From Phallusia mammillata (Eukaryota), in the NCBI GenBank assembly GCA_965637545.1, contig OZ281498.1:20708001-20772000 (forward strand): a DNA stretch of 64,000 nt, in the 5' to 3' direction. The position numbers and the translations under genes are program-made. The notes beneath the pieces were generated by a model, which did not search any database, was not told the origin of the DNA, and saw only the letters and a program-made list of their open reading frames with translations. How positions within the stretch are numbered: position 1 is the stretch's first letter; every line of letters starts with the position of its first letter. Positions 22,696-34,600 of the stretch are shown piece by piece.

Positions 22696-25600
22696 CTGAA
22701 AAAGAAGTCGATTCCATTTATTTTCAGTTTTAAATACTTACACTAACGTTTTTTGTTTTCAAACTGCAATAACTGTGTGGTAAGTTTAATGTACTTGGGT
22801 GTTATCTCGTTGTTTGATTAAGCTGGTTTAAAACTGAGTGACTGATAATGCTCGGAGAATTTGATCCAACTTTTTTATTATTCATCCAACCAACATTTTG
22901 TTAAAATTTTTAAACTTTGGTTGAATCTTACCAGCAACATGTTTAACCAAGTCATGTTTTTTTAGTTGGCTCTAACTGTCTTAAAAGATTACCTACTTTT
23001 GTCACTTATAAAGTCCAAGTAAAAGTTGCAAGTAGGCCCGGGATTATGTTCAAATAAAACAGGCTTGATTTGGACCTCACTTCAGACTTGGCTTTATTTG
23101 TGCCGCAGTTTCATCTACTTTCGAACCTAGTTTTGGTTCAAAAATGTTTGGGCTCGGTCGGGTTTTGGGCTTTTTCTTTCGAATTCGGGCCGGTTCTGGT
23201 CCTAGCTATTGGCCCGCTTGCAACTGTAGGTAAAGGAAATACATGCTTTTGTTGAATGTTGTTATCACAAAAGCCACTAAACTTGGTGTTGCAGATTTAA
23301 AAACCTAGTAAATTAAACCGGAAAACCCCCCAAACACAAAACATCAAACCATTGCTTACCTCACAAGTAATGTCTTCAAAATAGTCTCTCAGCACTGGAA
23401 CAGTCAGTTGGATCGACTCGTTTTCTTGTCTCGTTCTTTCATGCGCCGATTCGAGTTTAACAGTTCTCGGAGACACAATAATCTCTCCTCTATCTCTTAC
23501 TATATGTTGTGTTCCCGCGTTGACTTGTGGGCGGCTATTTTGTAGGTGTTTGTCGGTAGGTGCTGAGAAAAAAATACGCAATACTACTTAAGCAGTGTGT
23601 GGGATTTTTGGCATGATTTTGTGGTACAATAGTATGTGATGTAATAATTGGCATTATGGACGTAACAATGTTTGTTTTATGAATTGTATTTGTTTGATAT
23701 GTGCAGTTATAGGGCGGCAACCAAACTGATGAAATGATTAATGGAATGGTTTTAACAACGGCTGGTTGTAAACGAATTTCTGATCAATCTTTTCTGTTAG
23801 TTAAAAGTAATTTTATAGGTATTTCTACAGATGGGAAATTTCGGGTCTTATCAAGTCGAGGAGTATTATAAAAGTGGATGAAGTAGGAAATTTGATTTTC
23901 ATAAATTTGAAGGTTTTAGATTGACCAGCTAAATAAAAGGAGATGAATAAGTACTTGGTCGGATGCGTGCCACTACAGCCAGTTGAAAGCGAATCGATTT
24001 TTTTCTCAAAGAACTAATCTTCAAAGCACAATACTATTTATAGAGCTACAAAAACGTTAACCTTACGTGGCCGTGGTGAAAACAATGGTAATCTGTAATC
24101 TTCACCCATTGCAAGTTCTTCGTTAGTTTCAGTGATTTGTTTTGGACGTGGGCTTTTCTCGGTTCTGGGACTGCAGCAAGGTACATCATATATATGCGTC
24201 AGGTTTGTGTCTTCTTTCCCATTAACACAGGACTCAACGGCTGTTGAAGATGGTTCACTGCCGATCTTGTTTGAACTCTCAGTTCTACCCTCAGCCGAGG
24301 CATCCAAACTTCGCTTTGATCGGTTAAAACTCGAGCGAGGCTGTGGGATCGGGCGTTTTCGGAAGGTTTTAAATCCATTTGGACCACAACTGGGCCTGGG
24401 CGCTGACCCTCGTTTTCCTTTTTTGCTAATTTTGTGCTTTGTACTGTGATGTTTAGTAACAACCTCAGGTTCCTCCACAAATTCTTGAGAACTATCTTCA
24501 GTTTCTGTTAAGGTTAATTCGCTATCGTCCATAGATGACTCAAATCTGACCTTGAATTGGTGCTTCCGTTGTTGAGGGTAGGGATGATACCTTTTCCATC
24601 TTTTATATGGATTTACACTTTTGCAGAGTTTACTTCCACAACATGCATTGCGGAAATTGCGCGATCGGCAACAGTGGTGATTACGGCTGTGACAGGACGA
24701 GCCAGTATCTGTATCAGTGTCCACATGTCTTCTCCACCTTCTTGACTCGTTTTCTGCTGCAAGTTCGTTAAATCGTTTGGAAACCGTCGGGACCCTAGGA
24801 TAGTTTTCGGATGAATATAAACCTCTCAAAAACACTGGGTATTCAGATACAGTATTACGTTCTTGAGTTTTCTTGTCTTCGATGCTGTCTTGAGTTTTTA
24901 AGCTAAACACTTCGGTTCTTAGCAGATTTACTGCTTCTAACAACTTCAACTGAATCTCAGTGTTACCTGTATCAGCTACGCTTTCTCTGGCCTCACCTGG
25001 CGGTTTAAAATCAGACACCATTTTCTCAAACTGTGCTAGACTTGTTTGAATCTCAGCAAGACTGCTACTGATTTCAGCGCAGAACCGCTCACTTGAGTCC
25101 TGCTGTTTTGGCATGGGCAATATATTAGAAGTGTCAAATCCTGCGTCTTCTGCCCAGCTTACAACACGCCGTAACTCGGTATTAAGCTCGTCTACTAAGT
25201 CTTTAACTCCATCAGGAGTCTCCTGCTCTTCATTTGCGTCATCTTCGCCGCCAGATTTGCTGGATAATTCATTTTCAGTGTCTATGTCTGAATAACCACA
25301 AGTAGCTTTGGGGTCCTCAACTGTCTCACTCTTGGTGATGCTTGAGTCAGAAAGCTTCCAAATAACTTTCATCGTACCTTCACTATGCTTGCCACCACAT
25401 GTATTTTGATTTACTTTATCCTTAATAGTTAAAGAGCGAAACACCTCCTTATCTTTTACTGGTGACATTGCGCGTCTGTCATAGGAGGATGTATGCGAAA
25501 CACCGAAACTTTGTTTCTCTGTGCTTTCGTGGTCTTGTACGTACAAATAAGCTGATGTTGTAGCATCTACATCAGCTGATGGCCGTGTCTTAAACTCTCC

Positions 25601-28600
25601 GCGGCAAGACAGCTTGGCTCCAATCCGTTTTCCGACAGAATCAGCGACTGAGTTACGATCAATAGAACTATTTTCCACCTTTCTCTCCCTCATTCCTATT
25701 GTAATGTTCTTATCGTTACAGCTAGATTTGGTCATGGACTCTTGCTGTCGTTGCTCCCAATCTTTTCCCACAATGCAATAGCGCCGCAAGGACATCTGTG
25801 ATTGGCTGTCACAGCTCGCGTCTATGCTCGTGTCTACCAGCTCTATTTCGGGTAGCTGTGTCTTGTTTTCGTGTGGTCTAGACGCTTGCTTTGAACCACT
25901 TGGCCCTACTGATGGCACTAGAGCCACGTCGTTATCCTTATAAGTATCTGCGCTTTGGTTCTCTTCACTGGAAACTGGACAATTTGAAGCAAAGCTTTCT
26001 GTATGTTGACTGTCAGTAGTTATGCATTGATTTGAAGTTGCATCAGATACAGAAGGTACAGAAGTTTCCATGTCACTTTCGTAGTTAATCGACAAAAGAT
26101 CTAAAGCAGTTCCCTGGCTTTCGCAATTTCTGCTAGAGCTACATGGTACAACACGCAAGACAACATAATCGCTTTCATCGCTGGTAGACCCTATGCCTGC
26201 TGAAGGATTAGGTCCTGTGGGTTCAGGAGTCTCAAAAAACGCTCTTCCTGGCTGTTCGTCCGTGATTTCAACGCTCCCCTGATTAGATGGACGGTTTCTT
26301 GCTATGTTGCCAAACTTTTCTACCAATGATTCTGGTACAGACCCGAAAACCATGCTACTTTGGCTTTCAGGTAAACGATGAGTTTCTTCGGTTGGTTTGC
26401 TATTAATAACTCCTGCCGATGGATGAGGCGAACTTGGTGAATATCTTTTGCTCTTTCGAGGAGAATGAACTGTTGAAGAACTGGGTGGATAACCTTTGCT
26501 TGGTCCAGGCTCGTCGCATGAACTGAAATAAAAAACAAAACATTGTAATTCGGGAAAAACCTGCTGGCCTATAGATGAGTTATATAAGGATGAATAATGA
26601 GATGATTTTTGTTAGTTTTACAAAGTTTAAAATAGTTTATCTGTGACTTTATTTTGTTGAAATAAGTGTCCCACGATAATATAGCAGACCATACAAGATC
26701 GGACTAGGTTTGACTTTACTTAGGCCTACCATACGTCCTCTTTTTGGAGGACATGTTCTCATTTTTAACAAAAACCAAGTTGTCCTCCAAAGACAAGAGA
26801 AAAAATGCCCAAATGTCCTCCTTTTAAAAGAACTTCTGATTTATCAAATACATATGTGACAATTGTAAAGACTACAGGTTTTACGTTTTTTGAAAGTACA
26901 AGCTTATTTTAATGTTGTGATGTGATAAACGTTAAACTTTATCCAAACTATTGTATACCGTCTAATTTCTATAGCTTTTATTTTTAGGGGGCCTTAGAGT
27001 ATTTTTATATGTTATTTTCAAAATTTTGTCCTCCTTTTTGGGGATGGAAATATGGCCTACTTTACTTGCTTCATTATGTTTACCTGTCCGTTTCACTCGA
27101 AGCAGAAGGAGATGTCCTTTTTTCCAACTTCATCACATAATAATCCGAGCTCCTATCTGATGAGGACAAGGAACTTGTACTGGACTTCCAATGCTCCAGG
27201 TAATCATCATCAAATGTCACGCTCTTCCGTCTTCTGGTCTTTACTCCCTGCTTTAGAAGTTTGTGAAAAAAGCGCTTAATGGTCTTTGGTAACTTCCGCT
27301 TGGGAAACATCATACTAGAAGATGAAAACTCCTTTGATTCCGACTGTCTTCTGCGCCTTGCTCCAAACATCTTTCTTATTTTTGAGACGTTGCTTTTTTG
27401 ATTGATGTTGGTGTCAGGAGCACGCCTGGATGTAGATGGAGTTTGAGCAAGCTCTTCCTCCAAGGTTTCTCCCATACTACTGCTTTCTTCTCCACTTGAA
27501 GAGACAGCGTCTCTTACTTCATCTTCCTGGGCCTCCGATGAGGAAGAACTGCTTTTGCTTTTTAATGAAGACCTTTTATAAGAGACAGTGGAAGATATTG
27601 ACAAACTTTTCCGACTGCCTGATGTTTGTGTGCCAGAAGATACAACCGTTGTTACTAATTCATGTTGTTTCAAACCTGATTTGACAAATCTATGAACAGA
27701 TGCCTTGGTTGGAATCAGCCGTTTTCGGTTCAAACCAGTCGCCAAGTCTTTGCCGACCAACTCATCCGAGATTGAAACTTGACAAACCATCTTATACACA
27801 ATGAAAGCGACGTCTTCGTCAAACTCGGCTTCAAATCCCCGTGAAACTGGTAACATTTTTTGTAAGCTTTGAGCCTCATTATTCAACATCTCAATTAAAT
27901 GGTTTAGGCTCTTGATTTTTGCTCCCGAAGCAATACGTGCTGATTCAGCAGCGTCCTGTAATTTCCCTGCGCCTTTTGTTTTTACCTTTTTAAGGGCAGC
28001 CAGCTTTGTTGGAAGACTTGTGTACTTCACAGTGGGAAAGTCGTCTTCGTCAAACGAATCTAAATAGTCGTCTATTCCTTCAGCAGTTGAAATACTCGAG
28101 GGTGGAGCTGGAATTTTGCAACTCTCAATTTTTTTGTATTTTCCAGCGCTTTTGTCAGGGCATGAGGCTTGTTGAGCGTTTGATTCAGGAGCTGTCGGTT
28201 CCTCAGGGGCTGGTGGAGGTTTTACAGATTTTTTTGTGCTATTTGCAATGTAATTTTCTATAATGCGTAACCTCCTGGCGTCTTTAATACACTGATCGGA
28301 ATACGTTCTGGCGCCAAACTCCACCGCCGTAACGCCAATCTCGGTGGTTAAAAATCCCTCATAAAGTTCTTCCGTCTTTACATCCAGAAGCGAAGTATCT
28401 ATAGCCTCCTCAGTCATGTAACGACTGATCCCTAACACAAGGGCTTTAAGGGAAAACTGTTCACAATAATTGCCGACCTCTTCCTCGTTGTGTTTTGTAA
28501 AGTGGCGTACATACAGATTTTTGCCTTCGTAACAAGCGAAGTCTACTACTCGGGAAGCCAACGGCTTCAAGGTCCGATCGGCGTAATGGTCTGGAAAGAA

Positions 28601-31600
28601 GGGAGTAAAGCGCTTTGTTCTGATGGGACATTCTTGGCATAAGGGTTTAGCTCCCGGTGGTCCAATTACGGGATCATATACATTTAAATTGCGTGTTTTC
28701 ATTAAATCTTTGACGTCTTTCAAGGTCACCTCATTAGTGCCTTCAGGATCATAAACCACGTCCATACCCTTACAGTGTCTATGGCCATCCTTAGTGCATT
28801 TGATGTCAAGACAGTCAACGTCAGTGCATGCTTTTCGTTTAGTACTAGCCTGTGTGTATTTTAGACTCATCGGTATTTCATTCTTACCAATGGCGTGTTT
28901 TCCTTTCGCCAAAGCCGGCTGATTTCCGACAACTTCCCGGTCTCGGCATTGGAAAGACCGCAGAACTATACCATCACCACGCAAGTACATTATAGTCGCC
29001 TTCTCTTCCAGTTCCTTTTTCCGTTGGAGGCGGTCCTGATCATCTTTGTTGCCTAGCAACTGCTGGTCAGTTTCGTCGCTACTTTGAGAGCTTTTTTCTG
29101 AGCTCAATTCGGTTACAGTGGAGCGGTCAAACCACGTGGTCAGCTGCGAAACGTTTGTGGACGAAAAATCCATTGCTCCCAGCTTCAGCAATCCCTTTGG
29201 AAACTTTGTGTGTTTAGTTCGCACTTTGTCACCAAAGACATCAAGTTCGGAAGAAACGATTGACGGCAAAGATTGGCTACTATTCCGGCTAACTTTGGAT
29301 TTATCTGTCGTGGGGTTCTGACCGTGGATGTTGGACAACAGTTTGACTGATTTTAATTTTGAAGGTAGTTCACTCGAAGTAGAAGGGATAATATGTTGCT
29401 GTGCATCAAAAAACTTCATAAGTTTTGAGGCATCTTCGGTCGAAGTTTTGCTGGTTAAGGACGTTATGTTTTCTGTGGGTTGTGACCTGCTTAAACTTAT
29501 CGACCCGGGAAACCCAGGTACTTCCCGGTTTTTACGTAAGTTGGTGGGGACGTTCCCACTTCTGGGAGTTGCCTTTTCCGATTTTCCTTCTTTTTGGATC
29601 CGGTCGTTCTCAGTGGCGATGTCTGATTTTATGTTTAAGTTTGGTGGAACATCATAAATTGCTTCGGATTGATCTTCAGTAATTGCTGTTAAGCTGCTAC
29701 TATAGTTTGAAGATCTATTTGTAACATTTGAACCGGCATTAGTGCCTGACATCGTTGCTGAAGTCTCGCTGGCACTTGAAGGGTCCGTACCAGACCATAA
29801 CGAGACTTGGTTACTGGTCCCCGTGTTTCCAGACTTAACCACTGTCGTTCCAGTTGCTGTATCACTGTCGGTTACTGATTCACCTTCGCTTGCAACTTCA
29901 TCATAACCGTATGAGTTTTCTGAAGATCTTCTAGTAGAAGCTGAAAGTGAAGACGCTGGTTGGGGTCCGGTTCGAATCCAGGGAACTGCAGAAGTATTTT
30001 GACTTCTGCGAAATCTTCTGCCAATAACAACTTGAGATCTACTGCCTGAAGGTTTTAAACCAACGTTTCTTTGGATCTTCTTGTGACTTCTTATAGTGTG
30101 TCTGCTTTGTGTTCCGTTTTGGGATTCCAGAGATAGGCTTTTACGCATACCTAATCTTCTCTCTGTGCTAATTTCCCGGTCGTATATAGGCAAAGATCTT
30201 GATTGTCCTTTAGTGAGCCAGTATTCTGAGTTTCTTCCAATAGCAGCCTGCGAAAGTCGATTCAACACCCTATGTAGGTTTGAACTGGATTCGCTGTGTC
30301 TCTCTGGTGCGCTCCTATTCGCTGAACTTTTTTTACCCTCCATGCAGTCGGCGGCCAATGGGAGTGAGAATGTGACGTTTCTCGGAGTTCGGTCTCCACT
30401 GGCGACGTCAGCTGCAAGGCGGTTCTCCCTTCCGCGTCTACCAATATGCACTAAACTTTTGGGACCTTTCTTTACTCGTTTTGGTATAAAGCCTGCACTG
30501 GGAGGTGGAGCGCCTGAAATATGCTCCGATAATGCCGAGGTGACGTCACCGGAATCGTAATCGGAGCGCGTGACGTCACCGGACCCGTACGCAGAATGTG
30601 TGAGGTCATTACTGTCGTATGTAGAGGGAGTGATATCACTGGGGACGTCACTGGGAAAGGTTAGTGATCCTGTAAGGTTATCCGGTTTTGATGCATTGTC
30701 TGTGACGTCATCAGACATCGGTGCTGAGTGTATGACATCACCAATGTTGAGTAGAGAGTAGATATGTTCATTCGGAGTGTGAGTACTACGTTTTGGTGAA
30801 AGAGGCGTGTTTTTACGCATATTTGTATCTTCATTTTGTGACAAAGAAGTGATGGACAATGGTTCAGTCCATCTTAACCCAAAATCATAGGCTTGCTTCG
30901 TTGACGAGTTCGTGACTTTCGGGTTTTGGGATTTAGTATCCAATTTATCAGTTTTCCCTGGCATAAAACCGTATTTTTCTTTTAGCATTGACTTTTTCTT
31001 ATCTGAAGTCTGATGCAGCCTAAACGCCTCGGAGTTGTCGGAAAGGCTTGGTAGCAAATCGTAGATTGGTTTAGGTGATGGTTCTTTTTCTTTTAAACGT
31101 TTAAACTTCTCATTCGCCCCTGAATTGTTTGACTTGATTGGTATTGGATCATAAAATCTAACTTGAGCTGGACTACCATTCTTGAAGATTTCCATATCAT
31201 CAGAGCTAGGAACTTCATCGTAAATGTGATCGCTAACTTCAGGGGCAACTGACTTTTTTGCTCGTTCAGTTGCGCCGATTTTCACCCACCCTTGTACCAC
31301 GTCTGAGAGCTTGCGATAGAATGAACTGTTGGTGCTTCTTACTGTCTTAACTGACCTGCAGTTGTGTAAATAACTGCTGTACCAGCTACCAGTCGACGAT
31401 AGACCCAAACTACTAGCGCGGGAAGGCCGACGAAGTAGTCGCATACCGTCTTTCATGTTTCCCATCTCCTGATTCGTTGCTTTACGGTTAAGCAGTTGGT
31501 TAAAAGTAAAATCATCCTTAGGGGCGATTTGGGGTTTCTTGACGGGAAACTCCACTTCTCCTCGTCGCCATTTTTTAAGATTCTCATTGATGTCATGCAG

Positions 31601-34600
31601 CATGTCGATTCGAAGTAATTTAAGCTTCTCGGCAAGCTTTCTGTCCTCGCTGAAAGGGTTTTCTCGCTCGCTTGGAATCCTCATGAGAAAGTTGCCACGA
31701 GCGCCACCCTGTGGAGTTCTAACTTTCCGTTTTCGACCAATCACAACTTGATCCTGGTTCGTTTTAAAACGAGAAAATTCAAACGATTTTTCATCGGATG
31801 ACAAAATCGACCCTTGAACTTCCATAGCGGAGTCCACTTCCAACGGCGCCATGTTATGCATTGAAAATAACTCCTGTTCTGAGAGCTTACGCTTCTTTGC
31901 TAAATTCTGCCTGAAATTAGTTGCCAAGCGTTTTATTTTGCCGCCAACTTTTAAGCTCATTCTTCTTATTCGATGCTGCGCAAATTGTTCAGGTTGGCTT
32001 GTTTTTACAATGTTTTGACCCTCGCCATATGCACCAGGTTTTGGCAATTGTTCCAGTGGTGGTTTATCAACCATAAAAGGTGGAAGAGATAAAGCAGAGT
32101 CTCCTGAACCGAAGAGTTGGGTGTCGTTGGTGTCTCGTTTGTCGGGTTTGCTTCGCTGGTGTAGTTTTCCAAGTATAACGGCTTTCCTGAAAACAATACA
32201 AGATGAATTTTTATGTTTAGATGTACATTTGATCAGCAAACAGTCTGACGTTAAGTGAAAGAACAACGTTGTAACCTGGACTTGCGAAAATTATTACCTA
32301 GGGGTAAGGACGCAAAAGCATTCCGTAGAATCTGGGGTATCATTTAAAATCACTAAGAACTTGCACCTAAAGCCTTGATTTAAACAAGTATTTTTAAATA
32401 GAGTAATTTTAATGTAAATCGAAAATATATTCTAGTTGCAACTTGCACAATTTTCGTCAAAAATCATTTTGTTCCATAATTCAGTGTTTTGTAGATACCC
32501 TTTTAAATAAACTAATAAAATATTTGGTTATAACAAAATATACAGGCAAACCCCCCCCCACATACTTGTACGTGCCGTCATCGTTATGTAGTTTTCCAAC
32601 CAACACAATGTGGTCTTCAACTGGTACTCCGCGGCCCACTGACGTCATAAATTGATGACCTCCCAAGGTGTCTGGCGCGTCGAGTGGGCGGACCGCTTCC
32701 TCATAATTCTGTTTGATATCAATCGGTTTCCGTTTCTGTGTTTCCAAAAATAATTTAGTGTGATAATTATTTCACCAAATGCAACTGCTTCAACTCATAA
32801 TACTTTTAGTAAATTCCCATCCCCGCCACCAAAACTACTTTCGTAAGATATGCCTAATATTTTTACTTTAAACTATTCTATTCTGTGGAAAATTCAGTAA
32901 GTGAAAAATGTAAGTCCAATATTACCATTACTTATTTTTCGCAGCTTAAATTTTATAACATTTTTACGTTAATTTTGATGTTTAACAAAGGACGTTTTTC
33001 ATTTACCGGTTGAAATTCGACTCTTCCGGCGTTCTTATGTTCACTTGACGACCCAAGGAGTTTCACGTTGCCCCGAAACTTTCCTGCAGCCTTTCTTGCA
33101 CGCCTTACCATGTTTGAAGGTCCTACCACAGCACTGTCCGATGGATGTTTTACTACTGGTACCTCAGTTTCTCCAGCACGAATATCAGGTTGACTTTCCG
33201 GCGAAATAACGTTACCTTCAAGCAAATGTTCGAACCTTTGTTGTTACCAGTATTAGATTTTTCCATTATAGTATGTTTAAGTCATAAACTTTTGTATATT
33301 TTTTAGTGTGTAGCCTATAATCTTGAGTTGAGTTGAGTTTATTTCTATGGCCGAGCAAATCAAAGTGCATTAACCCGACAGAGACAATCACCAAACCTAA
33401 CAACCATTAAAGAACTGCACAACGTTAACAAGCACCTGTAAGTACACCTTTATTTTAACAGTGAAAATACAACTACATTCTCCAAGATTTTAATAATAGA
33501 TTCTTTACTTGTAGGACCATAAACCGTAGGACAATTTCCGCGAGTTCTTCTATTTCAAGGGTCGGCAACCTTTTTTGCACTGCGGACCGTTTTTGAAAGT
33601 GAAATTTTATCGCGGACCAGTCTTCAAAAAACTACAAATATTTTCCAATGAAAACGCCAAAAATTGTTTATCATCCCTGGGATACATGGACAAAATGTTT
33701 TAAAGCATTTAACCTGAAAAAATATACGGCCCGGTAACCAACTCCTCGCGGACCGGTACCGGTCCGTGGACCGGCGGTTGCCGACCGCTGTTCTATTTAA
33801 CCAAATTTAAAACATTTTTTTAGAAACAAAATGCCGCTTCAAGTTGTTTGACGTATAGTTTTCAACGCATTAAAACAAAAATTGTGATACCTTCGTCTAA
33901 TCCAGAAAATTTGGTAATTTTTCTAGATTTCGGTTCCGAAACACCAGTATGACTTCTTCCTGTGTGTCGCAGTAACGGTGGCATAATCTTTTCCACATTT
34001 TCGCGGGTTTCCTTTGTCCTCTTTACTTCCATCAACATATCAGAAGCTCTTCTTCCAACGGCGTCTTTTCCCGCTTTAGAAATTCGTAGTTTGTTCAATG
34101 ATTCGTTTGATTTGATCCCAGGCGGTGAATTTGTTCTAGGATCACAGTAAAATGGTACACCTTTCATTTCAGCAAAGTAATACAAAAACATCAAGCCAAT
34201 AAATGATAACTAGCCTAAGCTGCAGACAGTGCACACAGTTCGATTTGTAAGTTTTCGTTCAGTGTAGCTGGTGACAAGACATGGGTCGTATTGGCCCGTA
34301 TAGCCATCTTCATTAAAGTAACTCTTTCAAAAGAGATGCCAAGTATTACCTTTTAACATAGTTTAACAAAATCAAGTGTTGTGTTTTCCTGTTTCTAACT
34401 TGACCATTGTTAGAAAAATGTAACCTATAATCCCGAAAAAAAAAAACATTTCCCAATTTAGACTATTTAATAAAGCAACATTCAATCTGTACTGGGACGA
34501 TGTGATGCAAAATCTGTGTGCAATCAATTTAGCCTAAATATGTGTTCGGCCGTTAAAACGCAAACACAAATTTTGCTTTTCTTATAGCAGTGGTTCTCAA

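Noticed and set aside
27436-31751. Numerous 60-154-aa plus-strand and alternate-frame ORFs within the mega-exon
   Set aside because: Shadows of the 1728-aa frame; no independent starts, splice sites or motifs.
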